DNA of 61,339 bases, the filler included. It is 5 parts of 5 records of this genome, joined end to end, with 100 filler letters (N's around TTAATTAATTAA, not from the genome) between each part and the next. Parts side by side here need not be neighbours in the genome. Positions count along the whole stretch, not along the records: positions 1 to 13,039 come from SRR20825006_509; positions 13,140 to 35,698 come from SRR20825006_510; 3 more parts are not named here. One strand, given 5' to 3'. Positions within the stretch are counted from its first letter, which is position 1, and each line of letters starts with the position of its first letter. The notes under the pieces are model-generated. The model saw only the letters and a program-made list of their open reading frames with translations. It was not told the origin of the DNA and searched no databases. Below are positions 9,629-18,748 of this stretch, in pieces. The translations under genes and the position numbers were made by a program.

Positions 9629-10090
9629 CTAGGGCGTTGCTCGGCCATTGATGCCGACAACGCCCTTCTTGACGACCGTCATATCCCCCAGGCCAAAGTT
9701 GCCCACATCTGCACTCAACTTGAGCTCGTAATCCAGGTCGGCACCAACGTTACTCAGCAAATTGCGCAGTAGGCCAATGCCACTGAGCAGGTTTATACCC
9801 ACTGGCACCTCAATATTGCTCTGGCCATTCGCCGGCACCCGCACTTCTTCATTAAAGCTGCCCGATGCCAGCTTGCTGCCAGCCAGGTGCATTTCATAAC
9901 GCAGCCGTCCCAAATTCAGCTCAAAGCCATTTGGGTTATCCAGCTGCAAGCCCACCAGCAATTGCTGCTGAAGGCCGTTGGACGCACCAACATTAATGCG
10001 GGTTATCGCCACTTCTGGCTTGGTAATAGGGCTAAAACTTGCACAGGCACTCAACAGCAGCGCAATGGCAGCAACAAAGAATTTATTCAC
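9629..10090 (-). CDS. LEA type 2 / WHy-domain lipoprotein
   Basis: Lipobox LSAC; NPN motif. Confidence 0.8.
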   Translation of the reverse strand: MNKFFVAAIALLLSACASFSPITKPEVAITRINVGASNGLQQQLLVGLQLDNPNGFELNLGRLRYEMHLAGSKLASGSFNEEVRVPANGQSNIEVPVGINLLSGIGLLRNLLSNVGADLDYELKLSADVGNFGLGDMTVVKKGVVGINGRATP

Positions 10091-10150
10091 GGAATTTGCC
10101 TTGAAAAGAGAAGGGACGCCGAGCGGCGCCCCAAGCAGAAGCGTAGTGAC

Positions 10151-10822
10151 TTATTGCTGCATGGGCAGCAGTTCAATCTCTACACGGCGGTTTTGAGCAC
10201 GCCCGGAGGCTGTGCTGTTGTCCGCAATTGGGTCGCGAGGACCATAACCTGTTGCGCGAATACGGCTCGACGCAACACCTTGGTTCATAAAGTAACGCGC
10301 GACGCTGCCTGCACGCTGCTCTGACAGTGTCTGGTTAGTCTGAAAACTACCGGTCGAATCTGTGTAACCGTTCACTTGCATCAGCGTTTTATCAAACTCT
10401 TTAGCGACTAGCGCGACGCTGTCCAATACGCTGGTGAAGCCACTCATGATGACGGAACTACCGGTATCAAAGGTGATATTGCCCGGCATAATCAATTTGA
10501 TGGTATCGCCCACACGCTGCACGCCAACGCCAGTGCCTTCCAGGCGGGCACGAAGTTTGGCTTCCTGGCGGTCCATGTAATAACCGTAGCCACCACCCGC
10601 AGCAGCGCCGGCTGCAGCGCCGATCAACGCACCTTTTTTACGGTCTTTCTTACTGGATACTGCCGCCCCCAGTACCGCACCCCCTAGTGCACCCCAGCCG
10701 GCACCCTTAGCGGTATTACTGGCCTTTTCTTCCCCTGTGTACGGGTCGATGCTACACGCAGTGACAAATAGCGCGACGGTGATACATGCAACGAGGCGCA
10801 TGGACTTCTGAATACGGATCAT
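10151..10822 (-). CDS. OmpA-family lipoprotein (YiaD-like)
   Basis: Lipobox VTAC, glycine zipper, GYTDSTG..N..LSEQRA..NRRVEI. Confidence 0.9.
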   Translation of the reverse strand: MIRIQKSMRLVACITVALFVTACSIDPYTGEEKASNTAKGAGWGALGGAVLGAAVSSKKDRKKGALIGAAAGAAAGGGYGYYMDRQEAKLRARLEGTGVGVQRVGDTIKLIMPGNITFDTGSSVIMSGFTSVLDSVALVAKEFDKTLMQVNGYTDSTGSFQTNQTLSEQRAGSVARYFMNQGVASSRIRATGYGPRDPIADNSTASGRAQNRRVEIELLPMQQ

Positions 10823-10958
10823 ATTTCCCCCTAACACTTTGGTATGTCTGTTTTTGCTACAGACTCTGACTCGATAATGGCACAAGCTTTCCAATAAAAA
10901 AGGGCCACTATTCACATCCAGTATTATTACTGTGGCTTATGACAATTAAATAGTAGTC

Positions 10959-13039
10959 CTAGTTCAGCGGTGCGCGCCACTTTCCATCTCGATTGGCATC
11001 AAAGTAAATGGGGTTACTCAGTGCCAGCGGATGCAAACCGGGGTAAAGCTGGCGGTAACGGTCGCCCGCAGGCCCGCTTACCTCTACCACTACCCAGGCA
11101 TCCTCCTCGACCACCAGCTCGATTACTTTGTGGTCGTTAGCCCGGCATGGCAACTGACGATATATGCGACCGTTTACCCAGATTGTCATCTGCTCCAGCT
11201 CGACCCAGGGCGCCGAGCGCAGCTGCACATGCAGCTCTGCCCTACGCCCCGCGAAAGTATCGCCAATACCCGCTTGTTGGTCACCCTCTCGCAGAGTGAG
11301 CGCCATGAACGGGCCGGTCGTCATAAAGCTGCGCCCCTCTGACAGCGCCTCCACCAGCGCTGCCTCGCTGATGGGCAAGCCGCCGGACTCCGGCAGATAA
11401 ATATAATTTCTTGGGATCGCAGCGTGCTGACGACGACCATGGGAGTCGCTATTTCCCGTCGCACCGCGTCGGGCGCCCTGGTTCAGCAGCGAGAACCAGT
11501 CGTCACGCACTGCCTCATACACCGCAAACTCACTGCCGTTGAGCACTTCCAACAAGTCAAAATCAATATCGCGGGCACCGCTGGCCGGGTCCACCTTCAA
11601 CAGGCTGTTATTGTTCTCACTATTCAAGGGCAGTGCAGGATCGTACTCTTTCCCGACAGAAAGGTGCTCGAAAAACGCCAAGTCAGTGTCTAGCGGAGCG
11701 ACAGCCCGTGGATGGTTTAGCTGAAACAGTGCGCCTGGGTCACGACGCTTAACATCGGCAATCAATTCGCGCAGCGCCCTACCTTCAATTTTGGGAATGC
11801 CCCCAGCGTATTGCTCCGGCCGCGCCTGCAGGGGAAATGCATTACTGTGGCCGATTGTGAACGGCGCCTCGGCGGTGTGCGCCATACCCGTGAACTCACT
11901 GCCTACTACAAGCTGCAGCACCCCGTTCAAGCCCATCGCCGCCACCGCATTGCGACCATCGACAATGCGATTGTGCTCTGAAGCGACCAGAAGTTCGGCG
12001 CCCTGCGCGGCAAAGCTGCGCAGACGCTCTTGCAGGGGCAGCACGGAATCAAAGCTGGCGCCACTGTGAACGTGTAAATCAGCGCTTCGCCAGTCTTCGC
12101 TATACCACGCCCGCTGGGGCGGCCGAATAGGCAATTCACTGCGCTGCCCGGCGACAACGGTCAGCAGGTATTCTTCGATGTCATATTCAATTCCGCGCCC
12201 CACCAGCACGCGGTAGTGCCCCTCGGGCAGAGAAATATGCTCGGGGTCAGAGGGAACGCCGGCAAGGTCAATGCGATTCCCCTGGTCTTCATTGCGCAGG
12301 GCAATCCCCCCTTCAGAAAACGCCAGTAAGTCGTCGCCAAACTCGGGGTCGGCCGTGCCATCCACGCCGAAAAAATACAAACTCATGGCAACATTGCGAG
12401 GCAAACTGAGTTCACCATTTTGGGTAAACACCCAACGTCCCGAGTCATTGCGGCTATCCACCACCGAAAGCTCTCTCGCTTTGCGCTGCCCCCAGGGGGT
12501 CACTGCGCTAACCCTGACGCGCTGGGCACGATCGGGCAGGCGCACGCGAAAACTACCATCGGCATTAGGGCGCACCTGCGTTACGGCTCTTTCATGCCGG
12601 TCCCACACCGAAAAGGACACCGCTTGGTGGCTGCTATAGCCGCGCAGCTCGGGACCCCGATAGATCTGGTCGGTGACCGATGCCACGTCGCTGCGCTTGC
12701 CTACCACCACATTAAAATTGGCGAGCAAGCGCTCCTTTTTGTCGATATCCATAAATCGATTCTGCAACATCGACAACCAGTTCAGGCGCTCACTTTGCAT
12801 CCACAACGGGCGGGTCATCCAGCCGTGCATGCTGTAATCGGGAAACACTGCCAGGAACGTAGGCAGCGAGCGTCGCGTGCCACTGGCAGTAATCAGCTCA
12901 GCAGACTCAAGCTGGACGCCATAGCTGACCCCGGCCTCATAGGCGTCGTTGCCAACCAGAATATTCCAGTCTGCGGGCATGAGACCATTGATCAACGAAG
13001 CGGTGTCGTGGCGATCTATCTGCTTTTGTGCAAAGCCCA
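10959..13039 (-). CDS. PHP-domain metallohydrolase (CehA/McbA-like), 5'-truncated
   Basis: ADLHVHS, SEHN, GHSNAFP, NHPR, GNSDSH metal motifs; SNPIY end. Confidence 0.75.
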
Positions 13040-13139
13040 NNNNNNNNNNNNNNNNNNNNNNNNNNNNNNNNNNNNNNNNNNNNTTAATTAATTAANNNNN
13101 NNNNNNNNNNNNNNNNNNNNNNNNNNNNNNNNNNNNNNN
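13040..13139. other. artificial contig spacer
   Basis: 100-nt N run with TTAATTAATTAA. Confidence 0.99.
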
Positions 13140-13144
13140 ACAGT

Positions 13145-13219
13145 GGCCCGTTCGTCTATCGGTTAGGACGTCAGGTTTTCAACCTGAAAAGAGGGGTTCG
13201 ACTCCCCTACGGGCTGCCA
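13145..13219 (+). tRNA. tRNA-Glu (TTC)
   Basis: Cloverleaf: GGCCCGT/ACGGGCT acceptor stem, TCAGG-TTTTCAA-CCTGA anticodon arm, GGTTCGA T-loop, encoded CCA. Confidence 0.97.
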
Positions 13220-13224
13220 CTTGT
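13204..13224 (+). repeat. att core, tRNA side: CCCCTACGGGCTGCCACTTGT
   Basis: tRNA 3' end plus 5 nt; identical to 23820-23840. Confidence 0.95.
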
Positions 13225-13229
13225 CCATA

Positions 13230-14321
13230 TTATTCCTTTACTTTCAGTTGCTTGCCAGAAGTTTTGTCCAACTTGGATTGAAGGTTGGACACGTTTTTCG
13301 CTGTCAGCTTGGCAAATCCGCTGTCAGCTAGGCCGGATCGGTTGGCCTTCTTGGTGTAGGTCGCCGCCTCCTTGGTGTCGGTGTGCGCAAGGTAGGAAGC
13401 GATCTCCCATTCACTGGCCCCAGCGTTCGCCAAGCGTGTTGCACCAGCCTTGCGCAGGCCGTGCAATGATCCGGGAACACCAGCATCTACGCACCGTGCG
13501 CGGAACCAGTTTCCCAGAGACGCCACCTTGTACGGCGCATCCTTGTGGTCCAGCGTGATGAACAGCATCCGGTCGGCTGGCACGTTCAACAATTCCTCGG
13601 CCAGTTCCGGCAGGATCGGCAGATCGGCTGCGACCGATGTTTTGCCGCGACGGTAGGCAATGCGATCAACGCCATCCTTGCGGCTCACCAGTTGCTTGCC
13701 AGCCCGTGCAAGGTCTTGTCGTGCCATGCCCGTGTTCAGCGCCAGCAACAGCACCAACCGCGCTTTGGTCCCCGCACCATGACAAGCAAGAAACCGTTCG
13801 ACCTCATCATCCGTCCATGTGTGATAGCCGTCCGGGTTGGTCTTGCGTTTCTCTGCAAACTTGGCGGGGTTTGGCCCCGTGTAGTCCAGTTTCTTCGCCG
13901 CAAAATTGTACAGCATCGACAAGTTCTTTTTGACTGTGTTCGCCGCCTGCGGCCCGTCCTTCTTCGACATAATCGCTTCGATGTGACGGACCTTGAGCGT
14001 GTCGAAGTGGTATTTGCCCGCTTCAATGCGCAGCCAATCAAGTTCCTGCCGGATCGTGCGGCGTCGGCTGTCAGACAGGTTCTTGAACCGGACGCTGCCC
14101 AGATACTGTTCCACCAGCCATGACAGCGAACCACGGGCAACCGTGGATCGGATCGGGGCTTTGACCCCAGCCAATGCCGCTTCATAGGCGGCGCGAAATT
14201 CGGGGGAACCATAGGCACCTGGCAGATATGTATCGACCGGCGCTTTGCGGAACCGCCACATGACAGTGCCGTGACGGCTCACTGTCCGTGAAACATGGGG
14301 GAAGGGATTGCGGCGGGCCAT
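13230..14321 (-). CDS. int: tyrosine recombinase/integrase
   Basis: Catalytic set present: TGMARQD (R), HGLRK (HxxR), LAHT (H), TYT (Y). Confidence 0.95.
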   Translation of the reverse strand: MARRNPFPHVSRTVSRHGTVMWRFRKAPVDTYLPGAYGSPEFRAAYEAALAGVKAPIRSTVARGSLSWLVEQYLGSVRFKNLSDSRRRTIRQELDWLRIEAGKYHFDTLKVRHIEAIMSKKDGPQAANTVKKNLSMLYNFAAKKLDYTGPNPAKFAEKRKTNPDGYHTWTDDEVERFLACHGAGTKARLVLLLALNTGMARQDLARAGKQLVSRKDGVDRIAYRRGKTSVAADLPILPELAEELLNVPADRMLFITLDHKDAPYKVASLGNWFRARCVDAGVPGSLHGLRKAGATRLANAGASEWEIASYLAHTDTKEAATYTKKANRSGLADSGFAKLTAKNVSNLQSKLDKTSGKQLKVKE

Positions 14322-14500
14322 CAGAGTAAATCATCCGGGTCCGGTGCGACCGACTTGGACGCGCCTTCGATAGAAGTCAGGACAACAATGGTGCCGTCCT
14401 TTTCGATCCGCGCCGCAGCCACAGAGAGACCAGCCGCTAGCATACCTTTGGCGGCGCGCGTCACGTCTGACTGTTTGAATTGTGCGGTGCGGTTGCTCAT
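14321..14500 (-). CDS. 59-aa putative excisionase/recombination directionality factor (MSNRTAQFKQSDVTRAAKG...)
   Basis: Hand-translated; TGATG overlap with the int start; function inferred from position. Confidence 0.6.
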   Translation of the reverse strand: MSNRTAQFKQSDVTRAAKGMLAAGLSVAAARIEKDGTIVVLTSIEGASKSVAPDPDDLL

Positions 14501-15027
14501 TAGTCAGCGTTCAGCGCCAAAGACGCAGCCATAATCGAATGTTTCATGAACATTGCGGATGCAAGCCGTGCAACCATTGTTCCAACTGGCAAGACCAATG
14601 CCGCATCACCAGTGAAACTACCCATTTCGCTCGCATCTCTGAACCAATGGACGACCGGGCGATTGTCCCGGATTTCCACTCGCATGATCGCATCTATGTT
14701 CATCTCGCCAGCAATGACATTTCTGTAAATTTCATCGACATAGGCAAATAGGACGTGAGGCGATTCAGGATCGTCGTCCAACTGAACACCAAACCTAGCC
14801 AGACGATCAAAGATAATGTTCCAGACCAGATGCATCCCGGTGTAATCAACAGAGGCCCGAATGCGGCCGTCCTGCTCACGCATCGCCATCACCTTTCCAG
14901 CCTTCAATCGCGCCCGCAATGTACTCTGGTTAACGCCAATCGTTGCCGCTGCCGACGCCCCCGACTCAAGGACAGTGCCCCAATTCGAATGAAGGAAGGT
15001 CAGTGCTTCTTTGGTAAAATTGTTCAT
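14500..15027 (-). CDS. 175-aa hypothetical protein with an N-terminal HTH-like segment
   Basis: AAGGAG RBS before ATG 15027; ASAAATIGVNQSTLRARLKAG resembles an HTH; TAATG coupling to the next gene. Confidence 0.6.
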   Translation of the reverse strand: MNNFTKEALTFLHSNWGTVLESGASAAATIGVNQSTLRARLKAGKVMAMREQDGRIRASVDYTGMHLVWNIIFDRLARFGVQLDDDPESPHVLFAYVDEIYRNVIAGEMNIDAIMRVEIRDNRPVVHWFRDASEMGSFTGDAALVLPVGTMVARLASAMFMKHSIMAASLALNAD

Positions 15028-15046
15028 GTGGAATCTCCTTTGGTTG

Positions 15047-15080
15047 ACTGTATTTCCATTTAGGTTGACAGTCAACCTAA
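15047..15080 (-). promoter_or_regulatory. sigma70 promoter overlapped by a 21-bp palindromic operator
   Basis: TTGACT(15075-70)-17 bp-TACAGT(15052-47); palindrome TTAGGTTGAC-A-GTCAACCTAA at 15060-15080. Confidence 0.7.
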
Positions 15081-15104
15081 TTAAATTGTCAGTCACCCAA
15101 ACAA

Positions 15105-15341
15105 TCACCCAATGACCCGGCGTTCCGCCGTCTTGATCACATGCTCCAGCATCGCCAGCCCTGTCTTGTCCGGGTTGTGGTAGTCGCCTGCGTCGAAGCA
15201 GGTCGCGTGTGCAATCTTGCGCAGGTCGGCATATGTCACTGGACGGCGATATGCCCGCCACAGACGGAACCGCTGCCACCGGGCGCGAAGTCCCTTTCCT
15301 GTCAAATAGGTTTGACCACGAAATGTAATTGATTTTGTCAT
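15105..15341 (-). CDS. hypothetical protein (78 aa)
   Basis: ATGA overlap with the upstream ORF; lies in the leftward operon. Confidence 0.55.
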   Translation of the reverse strand: MTKSITFRGQTYLTGKGLRARWQRFRLWRAYRRPVTYADLRKIAHATCFDAGDYHNPDKTGLAMLEHVIKTAERRVIG

Positions 15342-15550
15342 GTCAGTTTCCCCGCATCGAAACGATCAAGAAATTCAAAAGCCTGTTTTTCTGCCAAGGT
15401 TGGCGTCAGATCAAAATTGGAGTGTTGGGACAGCGCATATCTCGCAATCGACAGTTCACGAGCGCAGTTGCGCAGCACGTCGATCATGTCTTTAGGTTGA
15501 CAGTTATCGTTCGCCAAAACGGCGTTATTGTCGGTCATGGTGTTCTCCAT
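15338..15550 (-). CDS. hypothetical protein (~66-70 aa)
   Basis: GGAG RBS before the MTDNN start; coupled to its neighbours. Confidence 0.55.
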   Translation of the reverse strand: MENTMTDNNAVLANDNCQPKDMIDVLRNCARELSIARYALSQHSNFDLTPTLAEKQAFEFLDRFDAGKLT

Positions 15551-15553
15551 TGG

Positions 15554-15703
15554 TCAGGTTGCTGGGGTTTCGGTGCGTTCCATCCGTTCGCGGATCGCTC
15601 GGATGATTTCAGAGTTCTGGCTGGACACGTTCGCCGCAGCCTGTGCAGCAATCCAATCCTTTAGGTCAGGGGGCAGACGTAGCTGCAATTGCTTAGGTTT
15701 CAT
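15554..15703 (-). CDS. Arc-family ribbon-helix-helix regulator, 49 aa (MKPKQLQLRLPPDLKDWIAAQAAANVSSQNSEIIRAIRERM...)
   Basis: Hand-translated; GGAGG RBS; LRLP..LK..I...A..N..S.N.EI Arc pattern; absent from the ORF track. Confidence 0.85.
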   Translation of the reverse strand: MKPKQLQLRLPPDLKDWIAAQAAANVSSQNSEIIRAIRERMERTETPAT

Positions 15704-15716
15704 GTCAACCTCCATA

Positions 15717-15794
15717 CATATCACAATGCGACTATCGCAAAGTGCGAGTATTGCGTCAAGAGAAATATCATATCACAAAGCGATGATCGCAAAG
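15717..15794. promoter_or_regulatory. duplicated operator block between divergent Arc genes
   Basis: 26-bp direct repeat, 23/26 identical (15717-15742, 15769-15794), built from ATCRC-AAW-GYGAY-like units; TTGACG-17-GATAGT leftward promoter candidate. Confidence 0.65.
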
Positions 15795-15803
15795 GGATAC
15801 ATC

Positions 15804-16097
15804 ATGAGCGACGAACCATCAAAGAAACAAGACCAGTTTATCGTTAGATTTCCAGACGGTATGCGTGACAAGATCAAGGATGCCGCAGACCAGAACAACC
15901 GCAGCATGAACGCGGAAATTGTTTTGGCGCTGGAAGATTGGTTGACAAAAAATTCCAAAGAACAGATCGAAGCGCAACAACTGCGTGATGCCGCCAAGCA
16001 CATGATGAAGGAACGCAGTATGATCGAAGTTCGGCTTGCCGATATTCTCGCAAGGCTGGACCACATTGAAGCCCGTAGAGAACCTGAGAAGAAATGA
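15804..16097 (+). CDS. Arc-family DNA-binding repressor with C-terminal coiled coil (97 aa)
   Basis: QDQFIVRFPDGMRDKIKDAADQNNRSMNAEIV. Confidence 0.88.
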   Translation: MSDEPSKKQDQFIVRFPDGMRDKIKDAADQNNRSMNAEIVLALEDWLTKNSKEQIEAQQLRDAAKHMMKERSMIEVRLADILARLDHIEARREPEKK

Positions 16098-16324
16098 CGC
16101 CGGACTATCAAACCACTCTGAAAACGAATGATGCCGCCAAACTGCTGGGACGGTTAGCCGCGCGGATTGAAGCTGACCCATACGATTCCGCCAGCCGTAG
16201 TGCTTCCTTGGCAGTTGCCACTGCCATAAGCACAGGGTCCGGTAACATAGTAACTTTGTTCCTCACTGAAAAAGAGAAACAAGCCTGCATAGCCGCTGAA
16301 AGAGATTTTCGAGTAATCAAATAG
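16094..16324 (+). CDS. hypothetical protein (76 aa)
   Basis: ATGA overlap with the Arc repressor gene. Confidence 0.5.
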   Translation: MTPDYQTTLKTNDAAKLLGRLAARIEADPYDSASRSASLAVATAISTGSGNIVTLFLTEKEKQACIAAERDFRVIK

Positions 16325-16491
16325 GCCGGGACCATCCAGCCCCGGCCCAGACCAGCCCCGGTGCAGAACCGTGCTGGCCTCGCGCCACGCCCTCCAAAGG
16401 AATTGAAGGCCGCGCCTTGTCGGGGTTTACCCACTCACCGACGAACGGGGTTGCTTCTGGTCTTATCCCCAAGGCGCAACCCGCCTATCTC

Positions 16492-17568
16492 TTAAATGGC
16501 GGCGTCGCCCTTACCCCAATCCACCAGCTTCAACGCCTGCTCAGGATCGACACCCGCCTCTTTCGCCAGCGCCAGCGTCTGCACAATCGCGCCCAAGGCC
16601 CGCGCACGGCCACCAGCATCGAATGCTTGCAAGGGTCGCATCACATCCAGCTTGACGGGACTGCCCAGCTTTTCGGATGCCTCTTGCGCAATCATCGCCG
16701 CCACCGGCATGAGCGCCCATTGGGCAAGGTGCCTTTGCGCCTCTCTGACCATCGGTCCAGTGGTGGCGATGTTGCTCAGACCGGGCAAAACTCCATAGGC
16801 CATTTCGATGCCAGCCCGTGCCGCCGCCCATGTTTCGCGCGTCATGGCTTTGGACAGATCGGGCGTTACATCCTGAGACTTCCAATCTTGCACAGGTGCC
16901 GCCGCGCCCGCCGCCACCACGTTGACAGATTCGCGGATCAGCACCCGGCCACGATTGCCACGGAACCCACGGGCCAGCGCATCCATGTCTTGCTCAGGTG
17001 CCTCAGGGAATGGCACAATCTGCGAGCCGATAGGCGCGTTGTTGTAGACTTCGGACAGCGCCGTTTCCATCACATGCAACAGACCCGCCGTCAGCCGCGC
17101 CCGCCGCAGAGGCGACGAACCAACATAAGGCATGGTCATTTCCGAGCCGATACGCAGGTGCAGTACCTCGCCCGCCAGGACGGTCATAGTCTGCCCACCG
17201 CCCGCGTCGGGGATGCCGACACGATAGGCGACAGGCTTGGAAAAGCGCGTGGTCAAATCCCAATCCGAGCAAGGCAACAGCCCGTCCTCTTGGATCACAA
17301 ACACCGCTTCACCGCGCAAGGCCAGCGACCGCGCAGCAAGCGCCAGCATGGCCGGGGTCAGCAGATCGGTGCCGTCCACATCCGCCAGCATCAAGCCCCC
17401 TTCCCAGAGGGACACGCAGCCTTGGACACAGCCCGTAAGTTCGGCCACGCCATCAACGCCGCTGATATAATCGGCCCGCGCCGCCATGACTTGGCTGGTG
17501 TATCCGGTACCGCTGGACCGGGTTTCGACTTCGGCAATTTCTTGCACACGTTTCTTGAATGGCCACAT
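16492..17568 (-). CDS. phage portal protein (HK97-like)
   Basis: SLALRGEAV, EVLHLR, GSSPL, AYGVLP pattern; start MWPFKK coupled to the upstream stop. Confidence 0.8.
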   Translation of the reverse strand: MWPFKKRVQEIAEVETRSSGTGYTSQVMAARADYISGVDGVAELTGCVQGCVSLWEGGLMLADVDGTDLLTPAMLALAARSLALRGEAVFVIQEDGLLPCSDWDLTTRFSKPVAYRVGIPDAGGGQTMTVLAGEVLHLRIGSEMTMPYVGSSPLRRARLTAGLLHVMETALSEVYNNAPIGSQIVPFPEAPEQDMDALARGFRGNRGRVLIRESVNVVAAGAAAPVQDWKSQDVTPDLSKAMTRETWAAARAGIEMAYGVLPGLSNIATTGPMVREAQRHLAQWALMPVAAMIAQEASEKLGSPVKLDVMRPLQAFDAGGRARALGAIVQTLALAKEAGVDPEQALKLVDWGKGDAAI

Positions 17569-18113
17569 CACTTTGCCCTCCGATAATTGCGCAGCAGATC
17601 GCCAGCGCCTGAATACTGCATCGCACGCGCCACCCATGCCGGGTTGCGGTTCAACGATTCCTCGATAGGCCCAATGGAAACGGACGTGCTGGACGCCCCA
17701 GCCGTTCCCGGATCGTCTGCCAAATATTCGGCAAGCCGCCGGAAAGCCTCGTTCACGGGCGCAGGCACATCACCAGCGCCAACTTGGGCGGTGACGCGAT
17801 AGAAACCTGCACCTTGCAGACAGATGCCAATAGGCGCGTCCAAGAGCGTGATCGGTTCCCATGCGCCATCAATCCAAAACTCTGCCATCTGCGACACCAC
17901 AGGCGTCAGAGGTGGTGCCCAGATCGCCCCCGTGGTGCCTTCAATGATCCAAGTCACATCGCGTTCAGTGAACCGATAGGCGGTGTAGCTTTCGATCCTT
18001 GCCCAGATCGCATCGGCACTCAGCGCCGCCGCCGCCGTAGACAGGCCAGCAGGCACATCAGGATAAGCATCGGGTGTTTCCTCAATCTGTTTCAAAACGT
18101 CGATCATGTTCAT
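17568..18113 (-). CDS. putative head-tail connector/adaptor (gp6/gp15-like)
   Basis: RIESYT..F.ER, VPAPV.EA..RLAEY, C-terminal LLRNYRR; position in the head module. Confidence 0.6.
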   Translation of the reverse strand: MNMIDVLKQIEETPDAYPDVPAGLSTAAAALSADAIWARIESYTAYRFTERDVTWIIEGTTGAIWAPPLTPVVSQMAEFWIDGAWEPITLLDAPIGICLQGAGFYRVTAQVGAGDVPAPVNEAFRRLAEYLADDPGTAGASSTSVSIGPIEESLNRNPAWVARAMQYSGAGDLLRNYRRAK

Positions 18114-18748
18114 GCCCTCCAACGGTTGCGATGATTGCTGGGCAGAATTACCCCGCCGGGGGTGGCCACGTCCCACGAACGCGACTCAATCTGCGTTTCT
18201 GGATATGCTGGACGGGTCACAATCGACATTTCGTAGAGCAAGGCTGAAAGAACCGTGCGAATGATCGCATTGAACGCCCCGTTTTCAGGGTCAGTGCCTT
18301 CATCCTCAATCATTTCAGGCTGAGGAACGCGCCGCTTTGGGGGCAGACGAAAACCCGGTGAAATACCGATAGCCAAGCCCGCAGCAACCGCCGCAAGGAT
18401 ATCTTTGACATAGGATACCTCTTGCATTTCTTCGGTGATCGTCGCGGTGAAGGTCACGCCCGCATCACTGTCTTGAATGTCCAACGTACCAGAGCGCACA
18501 GACGCCAAGGGCCGGTCATAGCTATGGCCCGCCAGCAGGTGAATGTCTTTCTTGCCGCCGTGGTCGGATGGTGTGTTGATCCGATAGGCAAAGGCGCGGG
18601 GCGCAATCACCTCTTTCTTTGGCCTGCCGGTGCGGCCCCCATCGCTGAGGACCGCCCGTTTGCCGTAGGGAAAAGAGCCTTGCAGCGCCAGCGCGCCGGA
18701 TGCTCTCTTGCGTAGTTCCAGACCGCCGCCTGCAAAGCCCTCCAGCAT
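18110..18748 (-). CDS. HK97-family prohead maturation protease
   Basis: EVIAPRAF, LLAGH, GISPGF, LYEMSIVTRPAYPET. Confidence 0.9.
   Translation of the reverse strand: MLEGFAGGGLELRKRASGALALQGSFPYGKRAVLSDGGRTGRPKKEVIAPRAFAYRINTPSDHGGKKDIHLLAGHSYDRPLASVRSGTLDIQDSDAGVTFTATITEEMQEVSYVKDILAAVAAGLAIGISPGFRLPPKRRVPQPEMIEDEGTDPENGAFNAIIRTVLSALLYEMSIVTRPAYPETQIESRSWDVATPGGVILPSNHRNRWRA

Noticed and set aside
13163-13228. 21-aa ORF antisense to the tRNA as a standalone gene
   Set aside because: By-product of the integrated state; only its start is meaningful, in the attP context.
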